DNA of 64,000 bases from an uncultured Bacteroidales bacterium. Lineage in GTDB: Bacteria; Bacteroidota; Bacteroidia; Bacteroidales; JAADJA01. Where the stretch lies: the NCBI GenBank assembly GCA_963749345.1, contig CAVVMO010000001.1, positions 883,336 through 947,335 of the forward strand, given 5' to 3'. The notes under the pieces are model-generated. The model did no database searches, was not told the DNA's origin, and saw nothing but the letters and a program-made list of their open reading frames with translations. Shown here piece after piece: positions 9,144 to 19,374 of the stretch (position 1 is the first letter of the stretch; each line of letters opens with the position of its first letter). The position numbers and the translations under genes are program-made.

Positions 9144-10886
9144 ATGAAAAAGACAAAAGGAATTCGTTTATTTATTTATGCTTCCGCATTGCTGATCGTC
9201 AGTAGTTGTATAACCACCAAACTTCCTGATACCTATAAGGTTCAGCCTGAAGTGCTCGAAGCCAAAGGAGGAAATGTTGCTTTCACAGTTGAAGGAACTG
9301 TTCCGGCAAAATCATTCCACAAAAAAGCGGTGGTTGAGTTTACACCTTTCGTCAAATATGGCGATGGAAAGACAAAGGAGCTGAACAAATTTGTATTAAA
9401 AGGCACTAAAGCAGAAGGCGAAGGCACTGTGATCGATTCAAAAACCGGCGGAAGCTTTAAATATTCAGCCAACTTCCCTTATGAGGATGAAATGAGGGCT
9501 TCAGAGCTTCTGGTGAATGCAAAGATCACCAAAGGCAAAAAAGTCACAGAGATCAATGACACTAAACTTGCCGACGGGATCATCGATACCTATAAAAATA
9601 TTATCCATGATGAGGTGCTGATATCTGCCCCATCAGGATATGAAAAGATTACGATGGCATCCAAAAACGCAACGATTTTCTTCGTAGTCAATAAATCGAA
9701 TCTGGACATGAACATGCCCCTGAACAAAAAGGATGAATCAAAAGCCACCATGGAAGCGTTTGATAAATTCGTTCAGATGGGATGGAAAATAAAGGATATC
9801 AATATCAATGCCTGGGCTTCACCTGAAGGTGAAATCCTCTTCAACGACAACCTTGCAAACGACCGGGCGACCAGTACAAACGATTACCTTGTAAAGAAAA
9901 TTAAAAAATTCAACGAGGAAAAAGCCAAAAAACGGAATGTTGACGTTAAGACACTCGAACAGGAAATCACTTACGTTTCGAAAGGACATGGCGAAGACTG
10001 GGACGGTTTTATGCAAGCCGTGAAGAATTCGGAACTTAAGGATAAAAACCAAATATTGAATGTGATCAACACACAAACGGACAATAATAAAAGAGAGCAG
10101 GACATCAGGAATATGACAGTGGTTTACAAAGAGATTGAAGACCAGATTTTACCACTGCTCCGCCGGGCCGATGTTGTGGTAACCTGCTTTGAGCCTAAGC
10201 GCACCGATGAAGAGATTGCAAAACTGGCAACCTCAAGCCCCGACTCTCTTAAGTACCCTGAAATTCTTCATGCTGCTACGCTGACTACCGATTCGAAAAC
10301 GAAACTCAATATTTATAAAAATGCTTTCACCAATAAGGACAGGGATTGGAAAGCTTATAACAATGCCGCTGTCGAAGCCGTCAATCTTGGCATGTTGCCC
10401 GAAGCTGAAAACTATTTGGTTCAGGCTTCGAAGTTGAATGATAAAAACGGAAAAATTGAAAACAATTTTGGTGTGCTTGAATGTCATAAAAATGATTTTG
10501 CAAAAGCCGAGCAGCATTTCCTGAAATCTGCAACCTATGGAGAAAATGTTAATTTTAATCTGGGTGTTGTCAATATTCAAAAAGGCGATTATGAAAAAGC
10601 AATTACCTACTTTAAAGGGATTGATTGCAAACATAATGTAGCTCTTGCCCAGATGCTTTCAGGTAATATGAATGATGCCCTGAAAAACCTGAAATGCGCA
10701 CCACAGGGACCCGAAACTTCATACATGCTTGCTGTGTATGGCGCCAGGACAAACGATTCTAAGATGGTATATGACTACCTTAGAAAAGCTGTGACTGCAA
10801 ACCCAGCGCTCAAGACCAAAGCAAGCACCGACAGAGAATTCCTGAAGTTGTTCAATGAACAGGATTTTAAAAACATTGTGATGTAA
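9144..10886 (+). CDS. Lipoprotein with OmpA-like domain and C-terminal TPRs
   Basis: Lipobox LIVSSC; OmpA-like AWASPEG...NDNLANDRA; TPR-like helices (WKAYNN, NFNLGVV..KGDYEKA). Confidence 0.7.
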   Translation: MKKTKGIRLFIYASALLIVSSCITTKLPDTYKVQPEVLEAKGGNVAFTVEGTVPAKSFHKKAVVEFTPFVKYGDGKTKELNKFVLKGTKAEGEGTVIDSKTGGSFKYSANFPYEDEMRASELLVNAKITKGKKVTEINDTKLADGIIDTYKNIIHDEVLISAPSGYEKITMASKNATIFFVVNKSNLDMNMPLNKKDESKATMEAFDKFVQMGWKIKDININAWASPEGEILFNDNLANDRATSTNDYLVKKIKKFNEEKAKKRNVDVKTLEQEITYVSKGHGEDWDGFMQAVKNSELKDKNQILNVINTQTDNNKREQDIRNMTVVYKEIEDQILPLLRRADVVVTCFEPKRTDEEIAKLATSSPDSLKYPEILHAATLTTDSKTKLNIYKNAFTNKDRDWKAYNNAAVEAVNLGMLPEAENYLVQASKLNDKNGKIENNFGVLECHKNDFAKAEQHFLKSATYGENVNFNLGVVNIQKGDYEKAITYFKGIDCKHNVALAQMLSGNMNDALKNLKCAPQGPETSYMLAVYGARTNDSKMVYDYLRKAVTANPALKTKASTDREFLKLFNEQDFKNIVM

Positions 10887-10906
10887 ATAAGATTTTATCA
10901 GAAATT

Positions 10907-10940
10907 AAAAAACCCCGGGATGAACTTTCGGGGTTTTTTT
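10907..10940 (+). terminator. Rho-independent terminator
   Basis: aaaaaaccccg-N11-cggggttttttt directly after the 10886 stop. Confidence 0.8.
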
Positions 10941-10999
10941 ATTTGATCATATTCCTTGTAATGACAGAATTATATAAAGACGTCTCCAGATTCAACACC

Positions 11000-11035
11000 G
11001 TCTTTGCGAAGCTGCCGGAGGGGGATGAAGCAATC
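11000..11035. repeat. REP-like palindromic element
   Basis: gtctttgcgaag...gaagcaatc; shares gtctttgcga with 4249-4258 and gaagcaatc with 4969-4977. Confidence 0.6.
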
Positions 11036-11039
11036 GATA

Positions 11040-11783
11040 AGCTATAAGTTTTGAAGAGTGCCTGGGCTCTTTTTTGTTGTCTTTCTGTCCATTGATAACG
11101 ATATTTATACAACAGGTATCTGCTACGGGCTAGAATTTCAAGAAGGGTTTCCCCGTTTTCCAGTTTTTCTTCATGATAGTGAAATTTATCTGGCTTAAAT
11201 GTTTTCCCTGTTCTTTCGTATTCTTTTAATCGCGCAAGTTCAAGGGTTTTGAATTCCTGAAGCGCTTTGCGCCGTTTTTCCAGTTCTTTTTGCCGGTAGC
11301 GTATCCTGACAGATTGATGAGCTTCCATTAGGTTCTTTTTCACATGAAATTTATCGCCCACTTGCATAGCTTGGGGTATCAATCCGGAACATACTTTTTC
11401 AAATAATGCGGAGAAATCACGGGTAATGCTTTGGACCTGGTTCAGTCCGGGTTGTAATTTTTCAAATACCTGCTTTATTTCAGTATAATTTATGCTTTTG
11501 CATATCATCGCTATTTTACCCGTTTGCCGGTTGCTCAATATGGTGTAAATCTCATCGCTGATGTGTTTCTCGTCGATTGACATTTTTGCCTCAGGTTCTC
11601 CGGCTTCAGTATTGGAACTTCTATCGCTTTCCCCTTTTCAGGATGGGCGATGTCGTTTTTATGCATCATCGTTTTGTCACGGGCATAATCACTCAGTACG
11701 TTCTTGTACCATCGATAAAGGGTCGGACCCTTGATCTGTAATTCTTTGCCAAAACTTGTTATATTCATCGGGCTCAAATCCAA
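11040..11783 (-). pseudogene. ISL3-family (ISAon1-like) transposase, frameshifted and 3'-truncated
   Basis: ORFs 11535..11783 and 10939..11583 join as ...KPENL-/-MSIDEKHISDEIYTILSN (DDE start) across an A5 tract at 11583-11587. Also VGDKFHV and EILARSRYLLYK...WT..Q..RA..LF. Similarity appears to end at the REP-like element. Confidence 0.8.
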
Positions 11784-12141
11784 GCTCCTCTTTTAAAAAA
11801 ATTCCAAATTCCTTTGTGGTTTTCATACCTTCAAAATGAAGATCATATCGGTTACTGTAACTCTGTTCCGGGGTTCCTCTTTCTTTCCAGCGCCTCCGTC
11901 TTACTGCTATATAAACGGTCTTATCTTTCAATGGAAAAGTCTGCAATTCCATTTTATTTAAATAACCATCCTGCACAGCTTCTTTACCCTTTAATTCTTC
12001 TGGGATTCTTTGATCTTTTTCCTCGAAGTATAACGTGATACTCGTTGGCTTTTCTACTATCTGTACAAGTTCGAAATTCTCCGCTATTACCCTGGGCGCT
12101 ATTAAACTCACTAATTCTTTATATAACTGCTTCTTTTCCAT
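11689..12141 (-). CDS. ISAon1-like (ISL3) transposase accessory N-terminal-region protein
   Basis: ITLYFEEK...QDGY...LQTFPLKDKTVYIAVRRRRWK...GMKTTKEFGIFLK, the typical small ORF ahead of Bacteroidota ISL3 transposases. Confidence 0.8.
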   Translation of the reverse strand: MEKKQLYKELVSLIAPRVIAENFELVQIVEKPTSITLYFEEKDQRIPEELKGKEAVQDGYLNKMELQTFPLKDKTVYIAVRRRRWKERGTPEQSYSNRYDLHFEGMKTTKEFGIFLKEELGFEPDEYNKFWQRITDQGSDPLSMVQERTE

Positions 12142-12350
12142 ACCTTTTTTCGCTAAGGTAGGAGTTATTCAGCACATCAAAATAAAATATAGCCGGTAAA
12201 AGTTGATTATGCATAAGGTGTCAAATTATTAGAAATTTTCATACTCCCTTAACAAATTATCAATTTCCTGTTTCCGGAAACAATTCAATTGATTTATCCA
12301 TATTTATTAACAATTTAGCTCAAAGTTAATGTTCAGTTTTGCAATTTGAG

Positions 12351-12358
12351 TAACTTTG
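12351..12358 (+). promoter_or_regulatory. Bacteroidota sigma-70 -7 element upstream of fbaA
   Basis: taactttg about 45 nt before the ATG. Confidence 0.5.
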
Positions 12359-12403
12359 CTCTCCTTTTAATTTTAATTATTTATTATTTAAAGATTTAAT
12401 ATT

Positions 12404-13483
12404 ATGTCAGAAAGAATATCGGATCACATAAAACCCGGTGTTGCTGCCGGAGATGATCTGCAAAAATTATTTGCTTTTGCTAAAAAAAATCAATTTGCTA
12501 TACCTGCGGTAAATGTTGTCGGGACTAATTCAGTGAACGCTGTGCTTGAGGCTGCGAAATTAGTCAACTCACCCGTTATCATTCAGTTTTCGAATGGTGG
12601 TTCCATATTCTATGCAGGACAGGGTCTGCCAAATACCAATGAACAAGCTGCCATTGCCGGTGCCATTTCAGGAGCAATACATATTCATCGCATAGCTGAG
12701 TTCTATGGAATACCAGTTATTGTTCATACAGATCATGCCGCCCGCAAATTACTACCCTGGATCGATGGATTGCTTGCGAAAGGAGAGGAGCATTTTAAAA
12801 AACATGGAAAACCATTGTTCAGCTCTCACATGCTTGACCTATCGGAAGAGCCAATTAAAGAAAATATAGAAACCTGTAAAAAATACCTTGAACGAATGAG
12901 CAAAATAGGAATGGTGCTCGAAATTGAATTAGGTGTTACAGGCGGTGAAGAAGATGGGGTGGACAATACAGGTATTGACAGTTCAAGATTATACACCCAA
13001 CCTGAAGATGTTGCTTTTGCTTATGAGGAATTGTTGAAAATAAGTGACCTGTTCACCGTTGCCGCATCCTTTGGCAATGTGCATGGGGTTTATAAACCAG
13101 GCAATGTAAAATTGCAACCTGTCATTCTTAAAAATTCACAGGACTATATCCGTAAAAAATTCAATACGGGCGATAAACCGGTAAATTTTGTATTCCATGG
13201 TGGTTCCGGCTCGAGCAGGGAAGAAATCAGGGAAGCCATTTCCTATGGTGTTATTAAAATGAACATTGATACCGATACCCAATGGGCAATGTGGGATGGT
13301 GTTAGAAAATATGATGCTAAATTCCATGGCTACCTGCAGGGACAAATTGGCAACCCTGAAGGCGAAGATAAGCCGAATAAAAAATATTATGATCCCAGAA
13401 AATGGCTGCGCGAAGGCGAAAAGAGCCTGGTTGAAAGATTAAAAATTGCATTTGAGGATTTAAATAATATCAACAGTTACTAG
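12404..13483 (+). CDS. fbaA: Class II fructose-bisphosphate aldolase
   Basis: HTDHAARK, EIELGVTGGEEDG, GNVHGVYK, VFHGGSGS, KMNIDTDTQ, KKYYDPRKW. Confidence 0.97.
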   Translation: MSERISDHIKPGVAAGDDLQKLFAFAKKNQFAIPAVNVVGTNSVNAVLEAAKLVNSPVIIQFSNGGSIFYAGQGLPNTNEQAAIAGAISGAIHIHRIAEFYGIPVIVHTDHAARKLLPWIDGLLAKGEEHFKKHGKPLFSSHMLDLSEEPIKENIETCKKYLERMSKIGMVLEIELGVTGGEEDGVDNTGIDSSRLYTQPEDVAFAYEELLKISDLFTVAASFGNVHGVYKPGNVKLQPVILKNSQDYIRKKFNTGDKPVNFVFHGGSGSSREEIREAISYGVIKMNIDTDTQWAMWDGVRKYDAKFHGYLQGQIGNPEGEDKPNKKYYDPRKWLREGEKSLVERLKIAFEDLNNINSY

Positions 13484-13574
13484 ACTACAGCAATTTTTTT
13501 TCATATATAATTGTCAATTGGTAAACATAAATTAGTAGTAATATACAAATTAGTAGGTTTAAAATTTAATAGTT

Positions 13575-16500
13575 ATGACAAAGTTTAATTTACTTCCGGC
13601 TTTTGCGCTTTTCATCTTTATTTGTTTTGGCAGCGCAGCAAAATCACAAAACCTGATAGTTAACGGTGACCTCGAATCATGGACAGCAGGTGTCCCAGAT
13701 GGATGGGGTCCTCTGGTTGAAAACATAACCCAGGAAACGACGATAGTCCATGGTGGAAATTCATCAGCCAAACACACTTCAACTACAACCTCAAAAAAAT
13801 TCAATCAGGAATTGTCCGGAATTGTGGCCGGTCAGGAGTACACTATAAGTTATTGGTATTATGATAACGATCCGGCTGCAAAAACAAGAATCTGGTCATA
13901 CTGGTTATCAGGAGGGACAACTTTACCAGATAACGCAGATGTATTGCGTCCTTCAGTTTATTCAAGTGATAATCCCGGCTGGCAAAATTTCAATGCTTTA
14001 CTCACTGCCCCAACCGGAGCCGATGGATTCAGGTTTGAAGTGAGAGTATACCAGGAAAGCGGCTCAGGAGGAGGTGTTTTTTATGACGATTTCACCTTTA
14101 CCGGTGACATCATCATTGATCCTGAACCAACAAATTACCCCACTGATTTCTCGGCAACAGCGGCAGGATTAGGCATAAATCTTTCCTGGACGGATGCTGT
14201 GGGAGCACAGTTACCTTCAGATTATATCATCATGGCTGGCATTAATTCTTCACTTCCCATCCCCTCAGATGGGGAACCGGTTCCCAACGATACTGACCTT
14301 TCTGACGGAAGCGGGGCAGTAAATGTAGCTTATGGATTGGAGGCAGCATCTTTTAGCGGACTGGAGGGAAATACAACTTATTATTTTACGATATATTCAT
14401 ACACCAATAGCGGTCCAAACATTGATTTTAAAACAAATGGAACAGTTCCGGCTGCAAACGCGACAACTTCCAGTATTACGACCATTGAAGCAGAAAATTT
14501 TGATGTATCATGGGGAAACTGGACTACAATCAGTGTAATAGGAGACCAGGTTTGGGACCGCAACAATACTTATGGCATCAACAGTACTCCCTGCGCAAGA
14601 ATAAGTGGATATTCAGGTGGGCCTTTGGACAATGATGACTGGTTGATTTCTCCGGCAATGAATTTTGACAATTATGACAATGAAATTCTTGAGTTTTTTA
14701 ATGCTAAAAATTACACCGGTCCGGATTTGGAATGTAAAATTTCTACCGATTATGATGGCGGTGGGGATCCCTATTCGGCAACCTGGACTTCACTGGCTTT
14801 TACCCTATGTCCGGGAGGATGGGCCTGGACTTCTTCAGGTTTGTTAGATATTTCATCTTACAATGGAACTGTTTACATTGCTTTTCATTATACCTGCAAT
14901 ACTACTGCATCTGCAACATGGGAAATTGATGATATTGTTATCACGGGTGAAGAAGGAGCAACCATTGATCCTGAACCGTCAAATTATCCCACTGATTTCA
15001 CTGCTGTGGCAGAAGGCCTTTCAATCAATCTGACATGGACCGATGCCATCGGAACTCAGCTTCCTGATAAATACATCCTTTATGCAGGCATAAGCTCCAG
15101 CTTGCCTGTTCCGGTTGATGGTATCCCGGTTACCAATGATCCCGACCTGAGTGATGGCTCGGCAGTACTGAATATTTCTTATGGGATACAGGAAGCTTCA
15201 TTCAGCGACCTTTTACCTGCCACGATATATTATTTTACGATTTACCCTTATACCAACAGTGGTGTAAATATTAATTATAAAACCGATGGTGCAGCTCCGT
15301 CAGATGATGCCACCACAGAGAACATAGTGGTAGTGACAATAGAGTCTGAGAATTTCAATGATTCGTGGGGAAATTGGACTCCCATTTCAGTGGTAGGAAC
15401 TCAAGTTTGGGACAGGGATAATACTTTTGGCATTGGTAGTACACCTTGTGCAAGCATGAGTGGTTACGAAGGCCAGGCTTTTGAAAATGAAGACTGGCTC
15501 ATTTCTCCGGCTTTAAATTTGAATAATTACATCAATGAAACAATCACATTCCAGAATGCAAAAAACTATACAGGAAACGACCTTGAACTCAAAGTTTCGA
15601 TGAACTACGACGGAGGAGGAGATCCAAATTCAGCCACATGGACTAATCTCACTTACACTCTTGCACCCTCTGGATTTGTATGGACATTCTCAGGTGAGAT
15701 TGACCTCTCAGGATTTAATGGAACGGCGGTTTATGTTGCATTTTATTACACAAGCACCGCTGCTGCTTCAGCTACATGGGAAGTAGACGACATTGAAATT
15801 ACAGGAGAAGAAGAAGCAACTATCTTTCCGGAGCCTTCCAATTATCCAACTAGTTTTTCAGCAGATGCCACAGGCACAACAATTCTTGTCACATGGACGG
15901 ATGCCATTGGAACACAACTTCCCAGTCAATACATCATATTCGCAGGAACCAACTCTTCATTACCCTTACCGGTTGATGGAACGCCTGTTGCTGACGATCT
16001 TGACTTGAGCGATGGTTCAGGCGCATTAAATGTCGCCTTTGGTTTGGAAGAAGCTGCTTTCGCAGGGCTTGATCCTGGTCAGATATTTTATTTTGTGATC
16101 TATCCTTTTACCAATACCGGCATCAATACCGACTATAAAACGGACGGTACTGCTCCAACTGCAAATGCAACTACTACTTTAACACCAGAGCCTTCCAATT
16201 ATCCGACAGGTTTTGATGCCAATGCTACAATTAACACAATCGCGCTTTCATGGACTGACGCCATTGGTGGCCAGCTACCCGAAATGTACCTCATTTATGC
16301 CGGTAGTTCTGCCTCATTGCCGTATCCAATTGATGGCATACCAGTTGTAAATGATTTTGATTTAAGCGATGGTTCTGGTGCAATAAATGTTGCCTATGGT
16401 TTGGAAATAGCTTCTTTCGCAGGTCTTGATCCAGGGAATACTTTCTACTTTGTAATTTATCCTTATACCAATAGTGGTGCCAGCACCAACTATAAAACAG

Positions 16501-17654
16501 ATGGCACTGCACCCACTGCTAATGCGACAACATTATTTATTCCTGAACCTTCCAATTATCCCACAGGCTTTGATGCAAACGCAACGAGCAACTCTGTTGA
16601 CCTTGGATGGACAGATGCTACCGGCAGCCAATTGCCTGAAATGTACATTATTTTTGCAGGTACCTCAGCTTCATTGCCTGTGCCTGCTGATGGAACCCCG
16701 GTTCCCGATGATACTGATTTAAGCGATGGTTCCGGTGCATTAAACATTGCTTTTGGGATTGAACAAGCTTCTTTTTCCGGCTTGACATCTAATACCACTT
16801 ACTATTTCTCGATTTATCCATATACTAATAGCGGTGCAAACATTGACTTTAAAAATGACGGCACTGCTCCAACTGCTGAAGCAATAACGATCGAACCTGT
16901 TGTAGTGACCATTGAAGCTGAAAACTTCGACGAAAGCTGGGGCAATTGGACAACAATTTCGGTGACCGGCGATCAGGTTTGGGGGAGGGATAACACCTTT
17001 GGTATTGGCAATACACCTTGTGCCAGCATGAGTGGATATGAAGGTGCTCCGTTTGAAAACGATGACTGGCTGATTTCTCCTGCTCTTGACCTGGATAATT
17101 ACATCAATGAGGTTCTTACTTTCCAGAATGCTAAAAATTATACCGGAAATGACCTGGAGCTTAAAGTATCGACCGATTATGATGGCGGCGGAGATCCTTA
17201 TTCCGGCACTTGGACGACGCTTACATTTATTAAGTCTCCCGGAAGTTGGGCGTGGACTCCTTCGGGTGAAATCGATCTCTCAGGATTTAATGGTGCAGCG
17301 GTTTATATTGCATTCCAGTTTACATCAACTGCGGTTGCTTCAGCTACATGGGAAGTAGATGATATTGTATTAACCGGCGAGGAAGATTTAAGTTCTGACA
17401 AACAAATCAACTTGGACGATTTATTCAGGATTTATCCGAATCCATCGAATGGTTTGATCAGCATTGTGAAACCGGGTAATGGTTTCGAAAATGTAAAGAT
17501 CCTTTCGGTATCAGGCAGTTTAATTGAGGAATTTAAAATATCGGATACTGTTTATAATAAGGACTTATCAGATCTAAATGCCGGAGTATATTTTATTCTG
17601 TTCTCTGATGAACAAACCGGTCAAACGATCTCGAAGAAGTTGATCTTGAATTAA
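13575..17654 (+). CDS. Modular secreted protein: CBM-like N-domain, five ~119-aa repeats, three choice-of-anchor-J/DUF5017-like modules, T9SS type A CTD
   Basis: Signal peptide; PEP[ST]NYPT x5; TIE[AS]ENF..SWGNW...DWLISPA x3; C-terminal IYPNPSNG...GVYFI...KKLILN. Confidence 0.8.
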   Translation: MTKFNLLPAFALFIFICFGSAAKSQNLIVNGDLESWTAGVPDGWGPLVENITQETTIVHGGNSSAKHTSTTTSKKFNQELSGIVAGQEYTISYWYYDNDPAAKTRIWSYWLSGGTTLPDNADVLRPSVYSSDNPGWQNFNALLTAPTGADGFRFEVRVYQESGSGGGVFYDDFTFTGDIIIDPEPTNYPTDFSATAAGLGINLSWTDAVGAQLPSDYIIMAGINSSLPIPSDGEPVPNDTDLSDGSGAVNVAYGLEAASFSGLEGNTTYYFTIYSYTNSGPNIDFKTNGTVPAANATTSSITTIEAENFDVSWGNWTTISVIGDQVWDRNNTYGINSTPCARISGYSGGPLDNDDWLISPAMNFDNYDNEILEFFNAKNYTGPDLECKISTDYDGGGDPYSATWTSLAFTLCPGGWAWTSSGLLDISSYNGTVYIAFHYTCNTTASATWEIDDIVITGEEGATIDPEPSNYPTDFTAVAEGLSINLTWTDAIGTQLPDKYILYAGISSSLPVPVDGIPVTNDPDLSDGSAVLNISYGIQEASFSDLLPATIYYFTIYPYTNSGVNINYKTDGAAPSDDATTENIVVVTIESENFNDSWGNWTPISVVGTQVWDRDNTFGIGSTPCASMSGYEGQAFENEDWLISPALNLNNYINETITFQNAKNYTGNDLELKVSMNYDGGGDPNSATWTNLTYTLAPSGFVWTFSGEIDLSGFNGTAVYVAFYYTSTAAASATWEVDDIEITGEEEATIFPEPSNYPTSFSADATGTTILVTWTDAIGTQLPSQYIIFAGTNSSLPLPVDGTPVADDLDLSDGSGALNVAFGLEEAAFAGLDPGQIFYFVIYPFTNTGINTDYKTDGTAPTANATTTLTPEPSNYPTGFDANATINTIALSWTDAIGGQLPEMYLIYAGSSASLPYPIDGIPVVNDFDLSDGSGAINVAYGLEIASFAGLDPGNTFYFVIYPYTNSGASTNYKTDGTAPTANATTLFIPEPSNYPTGFDANATSNSVDLGWTDATGSQLPEMYIIFAGTSASLPVPADGTPVPDDTDLSDGSGALNIAFGIEQASFSGLTSNTTYYFSIYPYTNSGANIDFKNDGTAPTAEAITIEPVVVTIEAENFDESWGNWTTISVTGDQVWGRDNTFGIGNTPCASMSGYEGAPFENDDWLISPALDLDNYINEVLTFQNAKNYTGNDLELKVSTDYDGGGDPYSGTWTTLTFIKSPGSWAWTPSGEIDLSGFNGAAVYIAFQFTSTAVASATWEVDDIVLTGEEDLSSDKQINLDDLFRIYPNPSNGLISIVKPGNGFENVKILSVSGSLIEEFKISDTVYNKDLSDLNAGVYFILFSDEQTGQTISKKLILN

Positions 17655-17672
17655 ATTATAAAGAAAGAAGTT

Positions 17673-17707
17673 AAAAAGTCCTCTGGAATCAGGGGACTTT
17701 TCTTTTT
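17673..17707 (+). terminator. Rho-independent terminator
   Basis: aaaaagtcctctg-gaat-caggggacttt followed by a T-run. Confidence 0.75.
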
Positions 17708-17796
17708 TATATTCAATAATTCCTAAATGACTCCGTTTTGAATAAACAATACTTGTTATTTTTGTAAATTAACTTCATAAGGGTATCCGGGTCAAA

Positions 17797-19347
17797 ATGA
17801 AAATATATTCAAAATTCTTAAAACTTTGCGTCTTATTATTGATTTTCCCAATAATGACTTTTGGACAAAACGATCCGCCCCTCAGGATCGAGATTGAATC
17901 CAAATCGGATGAAGCCAATTACAGAGTTGCCACCTGTAGTGAAAATGGATTGATCCTTTTCTATGAAACAACGGTTCTGCAAGATAATTACAAATTCTGG
18001 ACTTTCATTTCCTATAATAAATTCATGCAGGAGTTTTGGAAAAAAGATGTACCGGTCTATGAAAACATGTCATTTAGAAGGAAAACACTAAAAGGTGAGA
18101 ACCTCTATCTTTTTTTTCATGACACTGAAAAAAAGAAAAAAGAAGCATTCAATTATCAGGTACTGAAGATTAATATTCCGTCTGGCAGATATGAATTATT
18201 CAGCGGAAACTTGCCTGAAAATGCAAAGCTTGTTGATTTTGATATTCTGGGAGACCATCTGGTTGCAGGCATTGACCTGGATGAGGAGCAGAGTATGATT
18301 TTCAGTCTGAACATGACCACCAAAGAGGCGAAGGTTGTTTACGAACTCAAGGAAGTTACTTCAAGGTTTGAAAATATTTATATCGATACTCTTAATAATT
18401 CCTATGTTGGGATTATCAACGTTTTTGCTTCAAAGACTGAAAACTATTTACTACTGAAAGAATTTGATTTAAATGATGCCAATATCAATTCAATTATTAT
18501 TACTCCCCTGGAAAACAAAAAGCTGAACTCCGGTAAATTGGTTACCATTAATCAAACTGAACGGATGATCATAGGAACCTACGATTATGTAAAAGGCAGT
18601 TCAATTGATAAAAAAAACTACTTTAATAATTCATCCACAGGCTTCTTTTCAATAAAGATTAACAACAACACTCAGCAGGGAAGCCAGTACTTCAGCTTTC
18701 TTGAGCTGGAAAACATGACCGGATACCTGAAAAGCAAAGAATATCAGCAGGCTCAAAAAAAGGCAAGCAAAAGCGATGAGGGTTCGGATAAGTATTCACC
18801 TGAATTCGACCTGTTAATTCACGACATCGTCCGGAAAGATTCGCTCTATTATTTTATAGGAGAAGCCTTTTATGAAGAATACCATACCGTAACCAGTACC
18901 TATTATGATTATTATGGCCGTCCCATGCCTGTTTCATACGAAGTATTCGACGGGTACAAGTATTTCAACGCATTCATCTCCTGTTTCGACAGCAATGGAA
19001 ACAAACTCTGGGATAATGGAATGGAAATATTTAATATCCTCACGTTTGATCTGACCAACCGGGTCATTGTCTATTTTATTGGGAACGAAACAGTACTTGC
19101 ATACAACCGTGAAGGTAAAATCGGTGCGAAGATATTTAATGGAACTAACGTAGTTGAAGGTGTCGAATACTATCCAATCGAATCCACGTTTGTGAATGAC
19201 AAAATCATGGCTGACTCAAAAAGCAGCATGGAATACTGGTACGACAACTACTTTCTGGCTTATGGATTCCAGACAATAAAAAACAACTCCCGATCCGATA
19301 CAGATAAAAGAGTTGTTTTCTATATGAATAAAGTTTCTTTCCAGTAA
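17797..19347 (+). CDS. Conserved hypothetical secreted protein
   Basis: 516-aa ORF with signal peptide and Tyr-rich C-terminus (YYDYYGRP, WYDNYFLAYG); no motif recognised. Confidence 0.75.
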   Translation: MKIYSKFLKLCVLLLIFPIMTFGQNDPPLRIEIESKSDEANYRVATCSENGLILFYETTVLQDNYKFWTFISYNKFMQEFWKKDVPVYENMSFRRKTLKGENLYLFFHDTEKKKKEAFNYQVLKINIPSGRYELFSGNLPENAKLVDFDILGDHLVAGIDLDEEQSMIFSLNMTTKEAKVVYELKEVTSRFENIYIDTLNNSYVGIINVFASKTENYLLLKEFDLNDANINSIIITPLENKKLNSGKLVTINQTERMIIGTYDYVKGSSIDKKNYFNNSSTGFFSIKINNNTQQGSQYFSFLELENMTGYLKSKEYQQAQKKASKSDEGSDKYSPEFDLLIHDIVRKDSLYYFIGEAFYEEYHTVTSTYYDYYGRPMPVSYEVFDGYKYFNAFISCFDSNGNKLWDNGMEIFNILTFDLTNRVIVYFIGNETVLAYNREGKIGAKIFNGTNVVEGVEYYPIESTFVNDKIMADSKSSMEYWYDNYFLAYGFQTIKNNSRSDTDKRVVFYMNKVSFQ

Positions 19348-19374
19348 TCCGGATTAATCTTATTCTACTTCAGT

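Noticed and set aside
13575-17654. Repeated DNA segments as a possible CRISPR or non-coding array
   Set aside because: The repeats are in frame, diverge at synonymous positions and encode protein modules; no cas genes and no repeat-spacer pattern.
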